From the human T2T-CHM13v2.0 reference genome, Homo sapiens, in NCBI RefSeq assembly GCF_009914755.1, contig NC_060934.1: 64,000 bases of DNA. One strand, 5' to 3'. Position numbers and translations under genes: made by a program. The notes beneath the pieces were generated by a model. The model did not search any database and had not been told where the DNA came from. It saw nothing but the letters and a program-made list of their open reading frames with translations. Shown here in pieces: positions 14,439 through 29,100 of this stretch. Each line of letters starts with the position of its first letter. The stretch's first letter is position 1.

Positions 14439-14913
14439 TGTATTAGTTAGGGCTCTCCAGAGAAATAGAACAAATAGGCCATAGGAAGAGATTCATTATA
14501 ATGAATTGGCTTAAGGTGATTATAGAGGCTGAGAAATCCTGTGATCTGCCATCTGCAAGCTGGAGACCCAGGAAAACCAGTGCTGTGATTCCAGTCTAAG
14601 TCCAAGTCCAAAGGCCAGAGCCAACGATGTGAATCCCAGTCCAAGGGCAGCAGAGGACTGATGTCCCAGCTCAAACAGGAAGGCTGGAAGCAAAATTTGG
14701 CAAATTCACTCTTCGCTGCTTTTTTTGTTCCATTCAGCCCCTCAACGGATTGGATGGTACCCATCCACACTGGGGAGGAAAACCCGCCTCACTGAGTCCA
14801 CTCCTTCAAATGCTAATCTCATCCAGAAACACCCTTGCAGCCACATCCAGAAATATGATTTAATGAGGCACTCTGTGGCACAGTTTAGATGACACCTAAA
14901 ATTAACCATCGCA
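14439..14913 (-). mobile_element. MLT2 (ERVL) solo LTR
   Basis: TGTATTAGTTAGGGCTCTCCAGAGAAATAGAAC ... GACACCTAAAATTAACCATCGCA. Confidence 0.85.
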
Positions 14914-14960
14914 CTAACGCTTTATGCGGTCAATATTTTAATAATTTTGAAACATTTTGA

Positions 14961-15320
<360 letters not shown>

Positions 15321-15617
15321 CTCATTGTGGTTTTAATTTGCATTTCCTTGATGAGTGATGGAGTCGAATACTTTTTCCTATGTTATTGGCCATTTGGATA
15401 TTGTCTTCTGTGTTTATTCAAGACTTTGTAATGTTTCTTTGCGGTCATCTACCCTTTCCTTATTAATTTGTAGGAATTCTTTATATATTTTAGATACGAA
15501 TCCTTTGTTAGGAAATGTATTGCAAGTAACTTCTCCCACTTTGTGGCTTGCATTTTTATTTTCTTAGTTGCGACTTTTGATTAACAGAAGTTATATATAC
15601 ACTTTTTTTTTTTTTTT

Positions 15618-15908
15618 GCAAATGCAGGGCGCCATGATATTCTACACACATGGGGATATGGGGGTGCCGCCATGTTGCCAGGCACATGTGAGGGCAAGGA
15701 AGAGGGTGAGAATCGCCATGTTTGGGTGGACCCATTTTCTAATGGCCAGCATTTATTTGCATATCAGAGGTTGCCGGCCTAGCTCTAAGAGCCGGAGCTT
15801 TCCTGCTAGATAAGAAACTTTTCTTTAGCTGCTTTAAAAGAAACAAAAACTTTCAAAGGACCGCTTTCCCTATCTGCCTAAAATAATTTCTTATTAACTC
15901 CTATAACA
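15618..15908 (-). mobile_element. ERV1 LTR 5' (U3) half, MER61-like
   Basis: Reverse strand starts TGTTATAGGAGTTAATAAGAAATTATTTTAGGCAGATAG and stops abruptly at CATTTGCA followed by an A run. Confidence 0.7.
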
Positions 15909-16475
15909 TTATGATGTTCACACGATGATGAAATTGCCTTCACATTTCTCATAACATATCCCCACTGTTAAGTGACACACAACTGTACCATGTGTGTTCC
16001 TTATTTTGTCTATTTCCCCCACTAGAACGCAACCTCTTTCTCTGACAGCCAAGGTTTTTGTCTTCTTGGCTCTCTGCTGTCCCCTCAGTGTCTAGCATAG
16101 ATGCCCGAGTGAGGCTTATGATGTTGTGAGTGTTCATGAGTGTTCAATGAGATCATGTCTGTAAGGCAGCAGGAACAGTGCCCAAAGGCCAGGAGAGCCT
16201 CAGGACCTGGTGGTGTCTGCCATCATTGTTCTGACGGTGGGGAGGTGGCAGGTGACTTCTCTGTGCCTCACAATCTGTCCAGGGCCGTGCTGGGGTCTGT
16301 CCACCATCAAGGGCCTCTGCAAGAATAAAGAAGTGAGGTGCCTTATGTGAGCCCTTCAGGCACTGAAGCTTCCAGAGGGCCCCCTCCCTACCATGACACC
16401 GGGCTCCACCCCCAGCGCTCCCCAGGACAGGGCTTGAACGCTCCCACGGATCGCAGCAGGCCCCTCCGCTCCTGT

Positions 16476-16830
16476 CTGGCACCTCATTATCAGAAAGATG
16501 TGGACCCACTGGAGCGAGTTCAGAGAAGCGCAGCAGCCCCAGGGAGGCGAGGTCGCGGGCTGATTTACGAGGCAAGGCTGGAGGGGGATCACGAGAGCAG
16601 AAGACACCCTGGGAGAGCAACTATGAGATGTGTGCGGCTGGCGTGGGGTGGGTGTTTCTTGAAACATTCCAGGATGAAACAAAGGAGAGAAGCTTTGAGA
16701 CTGGCTGTGGCGGGAGGTGTCCCTGACAAGGAAAGCCTCACATCAGCAGAACATTCTTTCCACAGGAGAGTGGGAGGCTACTATTTAGAAAGCAACAAAT
16801 TAGACAAGATCCAGCACGGTGAACTGTGAT
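16476..16830 (+). mobile_element. Ancient CR1/L3-type LINE 3' remnant
   Basis: Translation APHYQKDVDPLERVQRSA...GLIYEARL...HSRMKQRREALRL...KLDK resembles the CR1 ORF2 C-terminus (PHYKKDVDKLERVQRRA...GLSYEERL...RLDK). Confidence 0.65.
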
Positions 16831-17079
16831 TGATGAAACTCCCTGAACCAGCCTGGATAGGATATCTTTGGTCTCTAGGACACTCAAGACATTGCCAAGG
16901 ATCCATGATCTTGTCATCCTCATCCTGTCAGGCTCAAAGAGCAACGAGGGGAGCATATTTAACTTGCTCAAATGAAAATAAACATGGACAAGTCAGGGAA
17001 AGGGTTGGGGAGAATTCTGGAGTGTTTACACATGACGATCTGCTAGGCCATGCCTCTCAATAAACCTATGCCTTAGAGA

Positions 17080-17291
17080 AAGGTTTTTCAGCCTCAGAGT
17101 TCTTGACATTTTGGGCCAGATCATTCTTTGTTTTATGGTGGCTGTCCCGTGCATTGGAGGATATTTTGCGGCATCTCTGCCTCTACCCACCAGATGCCAG
17201 GAGCCTTCTACACCAGTCATAATAAAAATGTCTCCAGACATTGCTACAGGTCCCCCTTGGGGGCAAAATCACCTCTGGTTGAGAACCACTG
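17080..17291. mobile_element. MER20
   Basis: TTGACATTTTGGGCCAGAT...AAAATGTCTCCAGACATTGC...GGGGGCAAAATCACCTCTGGTTGAGAACCACTG. Confidence 0.9.
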
Positions 17292-17511
17292 CCCCGGGTG
17301 AGCTGAGCATGAGAATCTGCTCTCTGTTCTGTCTGTCTTGAAACTCAAGGCTTTGACATGTTGTGAGCATCTTGCCATACTGAACATGTTTCAGAGATAT
17401 TTCTTCTACTGCGCAGCTTGTGGATGTAATCCAGACACCCTGGGGTGAAGAAAAAGCTACCCCATGTTGGGCTTATTGAGAGATGATCTTACATGGAGAC
17501 TTCCAGAACAC

Positions 17512-17645
17512 TTTTTTTTTTTTTTTTGTAGAGATGGGGTCTGGCTACATTGCCCAGGCTGGTCTCCAACTCCTGGCCTTAAGTGAACCTCCCACCTGGA
17601 CCTCCCTAAGTGCTGGGATTACAGGCGTGAGCCACTGCACCCTCC
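17512..17645 (-). mobile_element. FLAM / Alu left monomer
   Basis: Single reverse arm. Confidence 0.88.
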
Positions 17646-17929
17646 CCCTGGAGCATTTTTCAAGGATCTCTTTGACTCTGTATGACTTTCATCTTATCCT
17701 CTAACTATAGAGCCTGATTTGTAAGTAGGGCGCTCTCCATCATAATAATCTTTGGCCACTCCTGGGATCATAAGAAAGACTGATGGATTTCAAAGTATTT
17801 GGAAAATAGAGGCAGGCAAATTGCTGTTCTTGAGAAGGGAGGTGTTGACAATTGTGCTAAGAGTGGAAGCGTGGCATAGAGGTTATGATCCCTGAAACTC
17901 ATGTGGACAATGAATGCCTCGAGATAAAG

Positions 17930-18355
17930 GGTCAGCTGCTATAGCCAAGAGACCAAACACATGGTGCCTGAAGGAAGATAGATGTTTATTTCTCTCTCAT
18001 GTAATGGTCTCCACATTGGAGGACTGTTTCTGCTAAATAAATCAGAGCATTGACCCTCACTGGCAAGGACCCAGGTGTCTGTCTTGTGATTTCATCATCT
18101 CCTAGGGTGTTGCCTTTGGCTGCAAAGCTGGGGCCAGGTCGTGAGATGTCATTGAAGGGAAAAAGAGAGAGCGTCTGGGACAGCAAATTCCTCTTGAGCA
18201 AGTGAGGCAGAAGTGGCATCTGTCTCTCTGAAAAGAACTTGGTTATATGGCCACACCCAGTCACATGGAAGGCTGGGGAGGGTAGACTTTACCTGTGTGG
18301 TCAAGTACTCGGGAAGTAGGGGAAAACAGGCCAGAGGAGGAAAGCAATGTCTACC
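17930..18355. mobile_element. Old MaLR LTR (MLT1-type)
   Basis: AAGATAGATGTTTATTTCTCTCTCATGTAA...AGAACTTGGTTATATGGCCACACCCAG...GGAAGGCTGGGGA. Confidence 0.6.
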
Positions 18356-18809
18356 GAACAAGAAATTCAAGTTCGAATCCTAAAGTAAAACACCCTTCAG
18401 CAAAGGACTAATCCATTTTTCACAGTCTCTCTAGATTGTATTTGATCTCCTCGAACTCCCTGCATGTCCCTGGATTTTGGGCCAAAGACTGTTTAAAGAC
18501 AGGCATTCTGTCACTCCCAAAACACACTCCTGAGGGAGAGTCAGTTAAGCCATCTCAGGATAGGGGTTGCTTGAAAGCAGATGGGGGATGGCCCGAATTT
18601 TTGGTAGGTCCTCAGGGGCCTCCCTTGCTATGCTGGGATGTGGCCAAAATCACCTTATGGCTTTTGGGGGTTGTCAACAATGGGCAGACCAACATTTTCC
18701 TACTTCCCTGAAGAATTTCTGTGCTGGAGGAATTATCCTCCCAGCCTGGGGGCAAAGCTAACTGCATAACCAAAAGGCTCATGGAAAATAGTAGAAAAAG
18801 AACAAAAGG

Positions 18810-19361
<552 letters not shown>

Positions 19362-20984
19362 GCTAATTGAAAAGGAACAAGAGAGCCTCCTCTTGCCCTT
19401 GGTTTTTGGTCCAGGTTCTTGAGCAGAGTCCTGGGACCGGTGCCTGGACAGGACTAGGAAGGGAACAAAAATGAGCCCCTTCCTTTCCCACCTCCTAGAC
19501 AACCTCAGGAAGGGCTAACCAAAGGAAAGAGACTGGGAGGGGACAGAGGACAGGTCAGAGGTGAGGGGGGGTGAGGGAGGGGTAACCGAGGGCTGCATGC
19601 CCTGCCCCTGATACTTGTTTTTCCTATGGGGAAATCTGATCCCAGTTCAACCCACCACCAAGATTCCCTGAACTCAGGTGAAGTAAGATGCCAGGCAGCC
19701 TATTTGACATGTACACAAAGCCAGCCCGACTCCCCAGTCATCTGCTGTTGGAAGTACCCAAAAGGACAGCTGCATGGGAGCTCTGCTGGTCGTCTGACAC
19801 TTGTCACAAGCCCAGGGTGTGGGGAAAGGGTGGATTAACCACAGGAAGCCTGGCACAGCCAGAACACCCCTGGATCCTCTATCTGGGGAGAGTGTCTGGT
19901 TACCACGCGCAAATGATATGCAGAATTTCTCATGCCTGTAGAGTTTGCCATGGTTCTCTGTTCTTAGGGGGGCTTTTGCGGTTAGCAGATGTGGCTGCAT
20001 GGTAGAGTTTTATCAAATCACCGAGAAATTCTGATTTCATTGGTCTGGAGGAACACAAACAGCAGTCTTTCTGAATGTGCCTCCAGGACTAAGACCCACT
20101 GACATGTGGGATCTCAAGTGATCTTCCAGTTACCCCACTGAGAAAAGGGGGACGTTTTATGGATAAGGAAACAGTCTCAGAAAATGAGATGACTTGCTGA
20201 AGATTATGTGCAGACAGGTCAGTAGATTCTCTTGTCCAGAAACCACAACGTAATTGTCTCTTGGAGGAAAAAAAATAATGTTTTTAAAAGTGGATTCATA
20301 GGTTGTGTGGTGTCAACAGATACTGTGATTTTATTTGACTCTTACAAAGTGAGGGAAGGAAAGCCATCTGAGTATCTGGGACCCCACCTGCATTCTCCAT
20401 GTGTCGTGCTCAGATGCGGGAGAGTAAGGAACATTCAGCCAGTGATTGACATGTGTTTCCAATGCATGAACATTTGTTCCACATGTTTTTGGGCTCTCCA
20501 GGAAGCTCAGCCATCAGATATTCATGTCTCATTTTTTTTTTTTCTTGTCGGGCACAAGACAAGGGCTCCCTCCACGTTGGAGAATTCTACTCTCCCGTGG
20601 CTACCCTTGATCACTCACTGCCGCCTTCCTCGAGAAAATATCACCCCAGGGCCTGAAATCAAGCTGTCTAGTGCAGAGCCTGGAACGTCTGAATCTCAAA
20701 GACAGGCTTGAACTAGAATTTCTGGCTTGAGACGTCTTGAGGCCTGTGGAGAACTAGTACAAGAGTAATCTTGTATTGAAGAATAAATTTGTAACGCTGC
20801 AACAAGACCCTCATGAGGTTTGGGGATCCTGACTTGTAAACGGGGCTCTTCTCGCAGCTGCCTAAGGATGTTTAGGGTGCGCATCCACGACTCCCAGGAT
20901 GGGAGAAAGAGTTAAGCTAAGGGACACTGTTGCCTTTGGTGTGGTAATGGAAGTGCAACTGTTGTGTACATGCATGATTCCTCC

Positions 20985-21497
20985 CACGTGCAGCACACAT
21001 AGTATACATACATCCAACACACGTGACACCCAGAATATGTACACTCCACACACGCTCACACAACACCTGCATACACAACACACACATGCAACACACAAAA
21101 TTCACAGTGCATGTGCACATAATTCAAGTTCACACAACTCCTGTATACACAACACACATGTAGCACACACAACACTCAATGTGCACTCAATGCAAGCTTA
21201 CAACACACATGACACATGCATGCACACCACACACACGTGCAATACACAAAATTCACAATACGTGTTCACTCAACACATGTATATACACACCACACAGGAC
21301 ATACCATACATGTGCACACAACACAAGTTCACACAACCCACATAGCACATGCATATGCTTCACACACACATGCAACACACAGGACACACAGCACATGTGC
21401 ACTCAGTGCAAGCTCACACAACACACACAACACATGCATATACACCGTACACACATGCAACACAAGCAACACAGTACATGTGTACTCAGCATACACC
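20985..21497 (+). repeat. Degenerate CA-rich repeat with higher-order units
   Basis: Recurrent ACACAAAATTCACA, ATGTGCACTCA(A/G)TGCAAGCT and CAAGTTCACACAAC blocks. Confidence 0.9.
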
Positions 21498-21894
21498 CAA
21501 GCTGGCTTCTTAGGGACCTCACTGAGCACTTCCAATAACCAGCCAGCAGGGGACAGCATTGCAAAGGCTTTGCAGGACAGGCGAGCTCCCTCAGGAGGCA
21601 ACAAGTGTCAAAGATTCATCAACTTTACAATCTACATCCAGTGCCTACTATGTGCCAGTCATTTTGCTAGGTGCTTCCAGCCATGATAAAAACGGAAATG
21701 TCTCTTCCTTCAAGACTAAGCTTCCTTCAAAAACTCGAGAGGTGGAAGATGGCGTGGGAGTAAGGGGTTGCAACCGAGAACCACCACGTGGCCACCTGGC
21801 TCCGAGGCTGGGCTTGGGTAGGAGAGTCGCTGCCTTGGATCTAGCTCTGCCACTTAGTTTCTGCCCCTTTACTGTAACATGAAGTGGCTGCTAC

Positions 21895-22560
<666 letters not shown>

Positions 22561-22786
22561 AACTAGAGTTTTCAGGCCTTGCAGGGTGTTAGAATCACCT
22601 GGGTGGCGGGGGAGTGGCTATGAAAAAATTTCTTGTGCCCAAAACAACAAACAAATGCAGTGCTCGGGCCCTACTATATTAATTCTAGTCTGTCTGAGAG
22701 CCTGAGGCTGTCACCCAAATACCAAATGTCAGCCTAGCCCATTTGCTTTCCCTTTTCCAGTGTGCACCTCCTTCCTTCACATCACA

Positions 22787-22787
<1 letters not shown>

Positions 22788-22829
<42 letters not shown>

Positions 22830-22953
22830 GGAGTCTGAAATTAGGAGGATCACTTGAGCCCACGAGACAGAGGTTGCAGTGTGCCAAGATCACACCACTG
22901 CACTCCAGCCTGGGCAACAGAGTGAGACTCTGTCTCAACAACAACAACAAAAA
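22788..22953 (+). repeat. (CA)n microsatellite followed by an Alu right-arm fragment
   Basis: ~18 CA units, then GGAGGATCACTTGAGCCC...TCTCAACAACAAC. Confidence 0.9.
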
Positions 22954-23873
22954 ATCCAAACCACAACATAAAACAGAGGGATAAACAGAAGAGACAGTCG
23001 TGCTGTTCTGCATCTCTTGGTTGCTGGACCCTGTAGGTCCCACAACCTTTGCTGACATCCCTCAGAGAAGCTCCATCACTTTGTCCTCCTGCCCCCAGCA
23101 GATGCCAAGCCCCAGAAGGGCCCCTCCTCTTGTCACTGTCCCTCCAGGTCTGGCAGAGCCAGTTCCTTTGTCGGTGAGGAAGCTGTGATCTTGGGAGCAG
23201 TGGCCCTTTCCTCTCTGGGTGGAACACGGAGCTCAGCCTCTGCCCTCCCTCTCTCTGCTCCTCTTTGTCACCTTCCACTCACAGGCCTGGGAAAAGGACC
23301 CTCAGGGCTCCTTGCCTGCAGTCCTTTTGGTTGGCAGGAGCTGCTGATTGGCATGGGCTGACAGCTTTCCCGAGGGGGATGTCTGGAGGCCACCAGCTGC
23401 CTCCACACACAGGTGCCCAGGTGTGTGGCTGCTTCAGCTCCAGCAGCCACCGCCTTTCTGGGGAAAATCTATGCAGGACTAAGGGCTGAGGGAAAGCCCT
23501 ATGTACTTTGGGACCCCAGGACAAGAGGATAATTGTGCAAAATCCCATTGACATCACTTTCTCTCTGTAGGGAGCTGCAGATTAATGGTAAAAAAAAAAA
23601 ACAAAAAAAAAACACTAATGAGCAAAGTAACTCCTAGTTACCCCATCCAGGTTGGGGAAGAGAAGTTTGGAGACACTAGTGTCTCTAGTTATGTAGCATT
23701 TATTTTCTAGATCTAAGCGTCTACTGTTCCATGGTATTAGCTGTCCTTGGAAGCATCCCTAACCTTCCCAACCCTCTGTTACTTCATCTGCAAAATAGGA
23801 ATACCTGATGTGCCTGGCTCTCAGAGTTGTTGTAAAAACGGAAAGAAAACAGCAGCTGAAAATTGTCAAGGAC

Positions 23874-24373
23874 TGTGACAGGGCTGAGGTTTTTACCCCA
23901 TTTGTCAGGTTACAAGTGGGCCTGCCAGTTTCATGAATGGGGATAGAAGACACAAGACTCCTGGGTCAGAGCCAAGGGAATTTATTACTCACTGCAACAG
24001 CAGTAGCCAGAGTCTCGGCATTTTCTTGTGTGGGATCCGTAGACTCCAATACCCAGAGCGCGATGTGAAGAGGCCGGGTGAGACGGTCACACCAGGCAGG
24101 AACCTGAGTTTAGGAAAGTCACTTATTTTTAGTATGAGTAGGAAGCCTGCCTGACCTTTGTCCCTGAGAGAGACATTATCTTTATTCTACTGGGCAGTAA
24201 ACAAACCTGCCCTTTCCTCTGGAGACAGAGACACTGACTGTATCTTCCCAGGCTGCTCTCTGCACAAACACCCTTGGAAAGCTAGTCCGGAACAAAAGCG
24301 GTCCGTGTCTCTCTTGGCAAAACAGGCTTCTGCCTTTCCAGGCAAAAGACCCGTGGAGAATTTTCTCCCCACC
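23874..24373 (-). mobile_element. Solo LTR (MER54/LTR53-like ERVL) flanked by MIR fragments
   Basis: TGTGACAGGGCTGAGG...AGACTCCTGGGTCAGAG...TTTATTACTCAC (LTR poly(A) signal)...GGAGAATTTTCTCCC. Family assignment uncertain. Confidence 0.6.
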
Positions 24374-25639
24374 AAGCACTATTGAGAAAGTGCAAGTGCT
24401 ATGCATGTGTAAAGTACTTTAACCTCATTTACCCTGACAATTGCCCTGTGAGGTGGGAAGGGGTAAAAATAACCCTATCATGATGCTTATGTGGAAAGAG
24501 AGTCAGGCATGAGAGGTTCAGCACGTGTCCAAAGCCACCCAGCTATTTGGTGAATCACCATGTCTAGCACTGAGAAATCTAGGCTCTAGGCCCTCTGCTA
24601 TTTCTACTACACCACTGGCAAGATCATCTTTAATGCCCCTCAAGCCTCACTCATTCCCACTAGAATCTACAAATTGTGACAGGCCATCAACAGTGAGAAG
24701 TCAGCACCATTAGAAACTTCTGCAGTTTCCAAGGCTGAGCTCATTTGAAAGCAGGCGATGCGTGTGTTAAATAACCAGGCTTTGTTTTGGGTTATCAAAA
24801 TTCTCCCACGGTCTGCTCCAGCATGCCAACATGGGTGTTGGGGGGTTACAAGGGAGTTTGCGGGCACTCGGAAGCAATCGAGACCCCGTGACCTGCAGAG
24901 TGGTGAGCAGGACTCAGGCGTATGGGAGTGGGAAGTCACTGACCCTCACACCTGCATGGATGTTGCTGCTCTTCTGCTTTGCAGAAGAGGGTTCATACCC
25001 GTTCTTTTTGTGCCAGGAAGAAGGACAGGCTCAAAGGTTCTGTGGCCTGTGGCTTGAGGTCTCCCTGTTGTTCAACAAGTGTCAGCAAGGGTCTCTGGCC
25101 CTGGAGGGGCTCTCACTGAGCTCCCGTGGGAGTGGGACATGTAGGAGCCCCAGTTCCTACACTGTCTCCTAAGGGGCTCCAGCTTGGCTTGGACCTCTTT
25201 CCTGGTGCACAGTATGACTGCTGATCGACACTCACTGAACACTTAGCAAGTTCCAGGCACTGTGCTATGCCAAGCCGTTCCCACACATCATCTTATTTAA
25301 TCCTCACAACAACCCTTTCTATGGGTGACATGCCTGCATCGCATGGTAAGTGACAAAGCTCCAACTCATTGCAGATCTTATCTGGCTCTGAGGCCCAGAT
25401 ATGCTTCCAACAAAGGACTTGTGAGTTATCTTCACATTTTTAGAAATAAAGTTGGGGTCCAGAGAGCAGAGCCCCTGAAAGCCTCTCTTTTCTGCCAGCC
25501 TGTCGCAGCAAAGTACTTCCAACTAGATCTTTAGGTAGACAGGTCTGCAGGTTCTGCTTGTAGGAAAAACAGCAAGCAATTAGCACAACCCGCCTGGATG
25601 TGGGGCTCAGTGAACCTGTCCTCCGTTGGCATGCACGTA

Positions 25640-25678
25640 CGCTGCCCTCTAGCGTTGAAATGCCAGCAGGCGGCTACC
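25640..25678. promoter_or_regulatory. Two adjacent, divergently oriented CTCF-like motifs
   Basis: Minus strand: AACGCTAGAGGGCAGC. Plus strand: TGCCAGCAGGCGGCTA. Locally CpG-rich. Confidence 0.55.
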
Positions 25679-26883
25679 TCTGCTCAGCTTGCACAAGAGG
25701 TCAGCCCCTCGCCTTCCCATGGGGAGCAGAACAGAGTCCGGCATTTCCCACTCTGGAGAATGGGCCACTTCCCACTGAGTGGCCTCTCCTACACAAAGGG
25801 CAAGGGACCCCACATGAAAATGTCCCGAGAAGTTTTGTGCTGCCTGGGTCAGCCGGCCACTTTCAGCAGGCTTCACTCTACAAGGAGCTTTTTCCTCTGA
25901 AAGTGACTTCTGTACACCAATTATTATGATCTGTCACCTCTGAAGCCATTTATTTCAATGGCTAGTGATAAGTATTGATACTTGACAGGATTTTCAACTT
26001 GGATTTCACAAACCTCAAGTATATTTTCTGTTCTCTCCCATGTCACTATTCCTTTAGAAACCAAAACTACATCAAAAGTGATTCACCTGATTGCAGAGCT
26101 CAGTCTGTGAAGTGGGTGCCTCCCTGCCACCCCGAGATTCCTAGATCGGCCATGAGCGAGGCATATCAAAGAGACCTGCCCTTTGATAACCACGTTTTAT
26201 TTTCACCAGAAGGCATCTTCTCTCTATTGTATAATATATGATTCCAGGGTCTATGCAATGGTTCTGTAACTTCAAACTTCTCGAGATGAAGAGAAAAATG
26301 AAACCCTTTGTAGGCATCATTCACTGGAAGCACTCAAACTTAATAAAGATGATCTATTGTAAATGCAATACATTTTCTGCTGGGTTTAGCTTATTTTTCT
26401 TCATGGTACAGCCTTATATATGTGGGATGGATTTGAACCAGATATAATATGGGTACAGTTATAACTCTGCAGGAAATCTCCTAAAAGTAACAGATCTTAC
26501 CTTTGTAATAAAGATAGCCATATAAAATTTTTGGTATAAATCGTGCAGCACAAGATTGGCATAATTCAAGCATAGTGTGCCGTCTAAGTTCATGCATGTG
26601 GCGTTTCCCACAGGCAGAAATAACTCTTCCAATGGCTTCTATTTGTCCTTCCATAGTTGAAGACAAAGAAGACGGGCTCTATGGCAAAATTATGAGGCCA
26701 TCAAAATCAATGCTCCAAGCCCCATTCTTCATATTTCTTCTTTTCTCTGTAGCAATTACAAGTTTTTCTTTTGTTTTCTAACCTTCTCAGGTTCAAAGTC
26801 AAACCTCCTAATAAGTTTTCTATTTCTGCAAAACAAATTGCTTCTACACTCAGCAGGTTTTCTTTTAGGTTTTTCTTTCTCTC

Positions 26884-27590
<707 letters not shown>

Positions 27591-27594
27591 TATT

Positions 27595-29100
27595 TATTTA
27601 TTTTTTTACTGTAAAAATTTTTTAACTTTTTAATTTTTTGAGTACATAGTAGTTATATATACTTATGGAGTATATGAGACATTTTGATACAGGCATATAA
27701 TGTGTAATAATCACATCAGGATAAAGGAAGTATCCATCACCTCAGCATTTATCTTTTTTTTTTTTTTTTTTTTTGAGGTGGAATCTTGCTCTGTTGCCCA
27801 GGCTGGAATGCAGTGGTGTGATCTCACTGCAATCTCCACCTCCCAGGTTCAAGAGATTCTCGTGCATCAGCCTCCCAAGTAGCTGGGACTACAGGCATGA
27901 GCCACCATGCCTGGCTATTTTTTTGTTGTTGTATTTTTAGTAGAGAGGGGATTCACGGTGTTGGCCAGGCTGGTCTCGAACTCCTGACCTCAAGTGAACC
28001 ACCCACTGTGGCCTCCCAAAGTGCTTAGATTACAGATATGAGCCACCTCGCCTGGCCCACATTTATCCTTTGTGTTATAAACAATCCAATTATACTTTTT
28101 TAGTTATTTTTAATTGCACAATTAAATTATTGTTGACTATAGTCACCTGGTTGTGCCATCAAATACTAGCTCTTATTCATGCTGCCTATTTTTTGTACCC
28201 ATTAACCATCCTCACTCCCCCCCTCCCTTCTATCCTCCCCAGCCTGTTAACCATCCTTCTACTCTCTGTCTCCATGAGTTCAATTTTTATTTTTAGCTCC
28301 CAGAAATACGTGAAAACATGCCAAGTTTCTCTTTCTGTGCCTGGCTTATTTCACTTAACATAATGACCTCCAGTTCCATCCATGTTATTGCAAATGAAAA
28401 GATCTCTTTATTTTTTATGGCTGAATAGTATTCCATTGTGTATATGTACCATGTTTTCTTTATCCATTTGTCTGCTGATGAATACTTAGATTGTTTCCAA
28501 ATCTTGGCTAGTGTGAATAGTGCTGCAATAAACATGGGAATGCAGATATCTCTTTGATACACTGATTTCCTTTCTTTTGGGTATATATCCAGCAGTGGGA
28601 TTGCTGGATCAAATGGTAGCTCTATTTTTAGTTTTTTGAGAAACCCCCTAACTGTTCTCTGTAATGGTTGTACTAATTTACATTCCCACCAACAGTGTAT
28701 GAGGATTCTCTTTCTCCACATCCTTGCCAGCATTTGTTACTGCCTGTCTTTTGGATAAAAGCTATTTTAACTGAGATGAGATGATATCTCACTGTAGTTT
28801 TGATTTGCATTTCTCTAATGGTCAGTGACATTGAGCACCTTTTCATATACTTGTTTGACATTTGTATGCCTTCTTTTGAGAAATGTCTGATCAGATCTTT
28901 TGCCCATTTTGAAATCAGCTTATTAGATTCTTTCCTATAGAGTTGTTTGAGCTCCTTATATAATCTGGTTATTAATCCCTTGTCAGATGGTTAGTTTGCA
29001 AATATTTTCTCCCATTCTGTGGGTTGCCTCCACTTTGTTGATGGTTTCCTTTGTTGTGCAGAGGCTTTTTAACTTGCTGTGATCCCACGTGTCCAATTTT
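27595..29100 (-). mobile_element. L1MA-type 3' fragment with nested Alu (27755-28057, - strand)
   Basis: ORF2 C-terminus [12 protein letters not shown]...[17 protein letters not shown]...YTMEYYSAIKNKE. Confidence 0.92.

Noticed and set aside
20862-21686. His/Thr-rich and Cys/Val-rich ORFs
   Set aside because: Translations of the CA-rich repeat.
28293-28861. 146-aa and 62-aa ORFs with L1 ORF2 similarity
   Set aside because: Frameshifted, 5'-truncated dead L1 fragment; not a gene.
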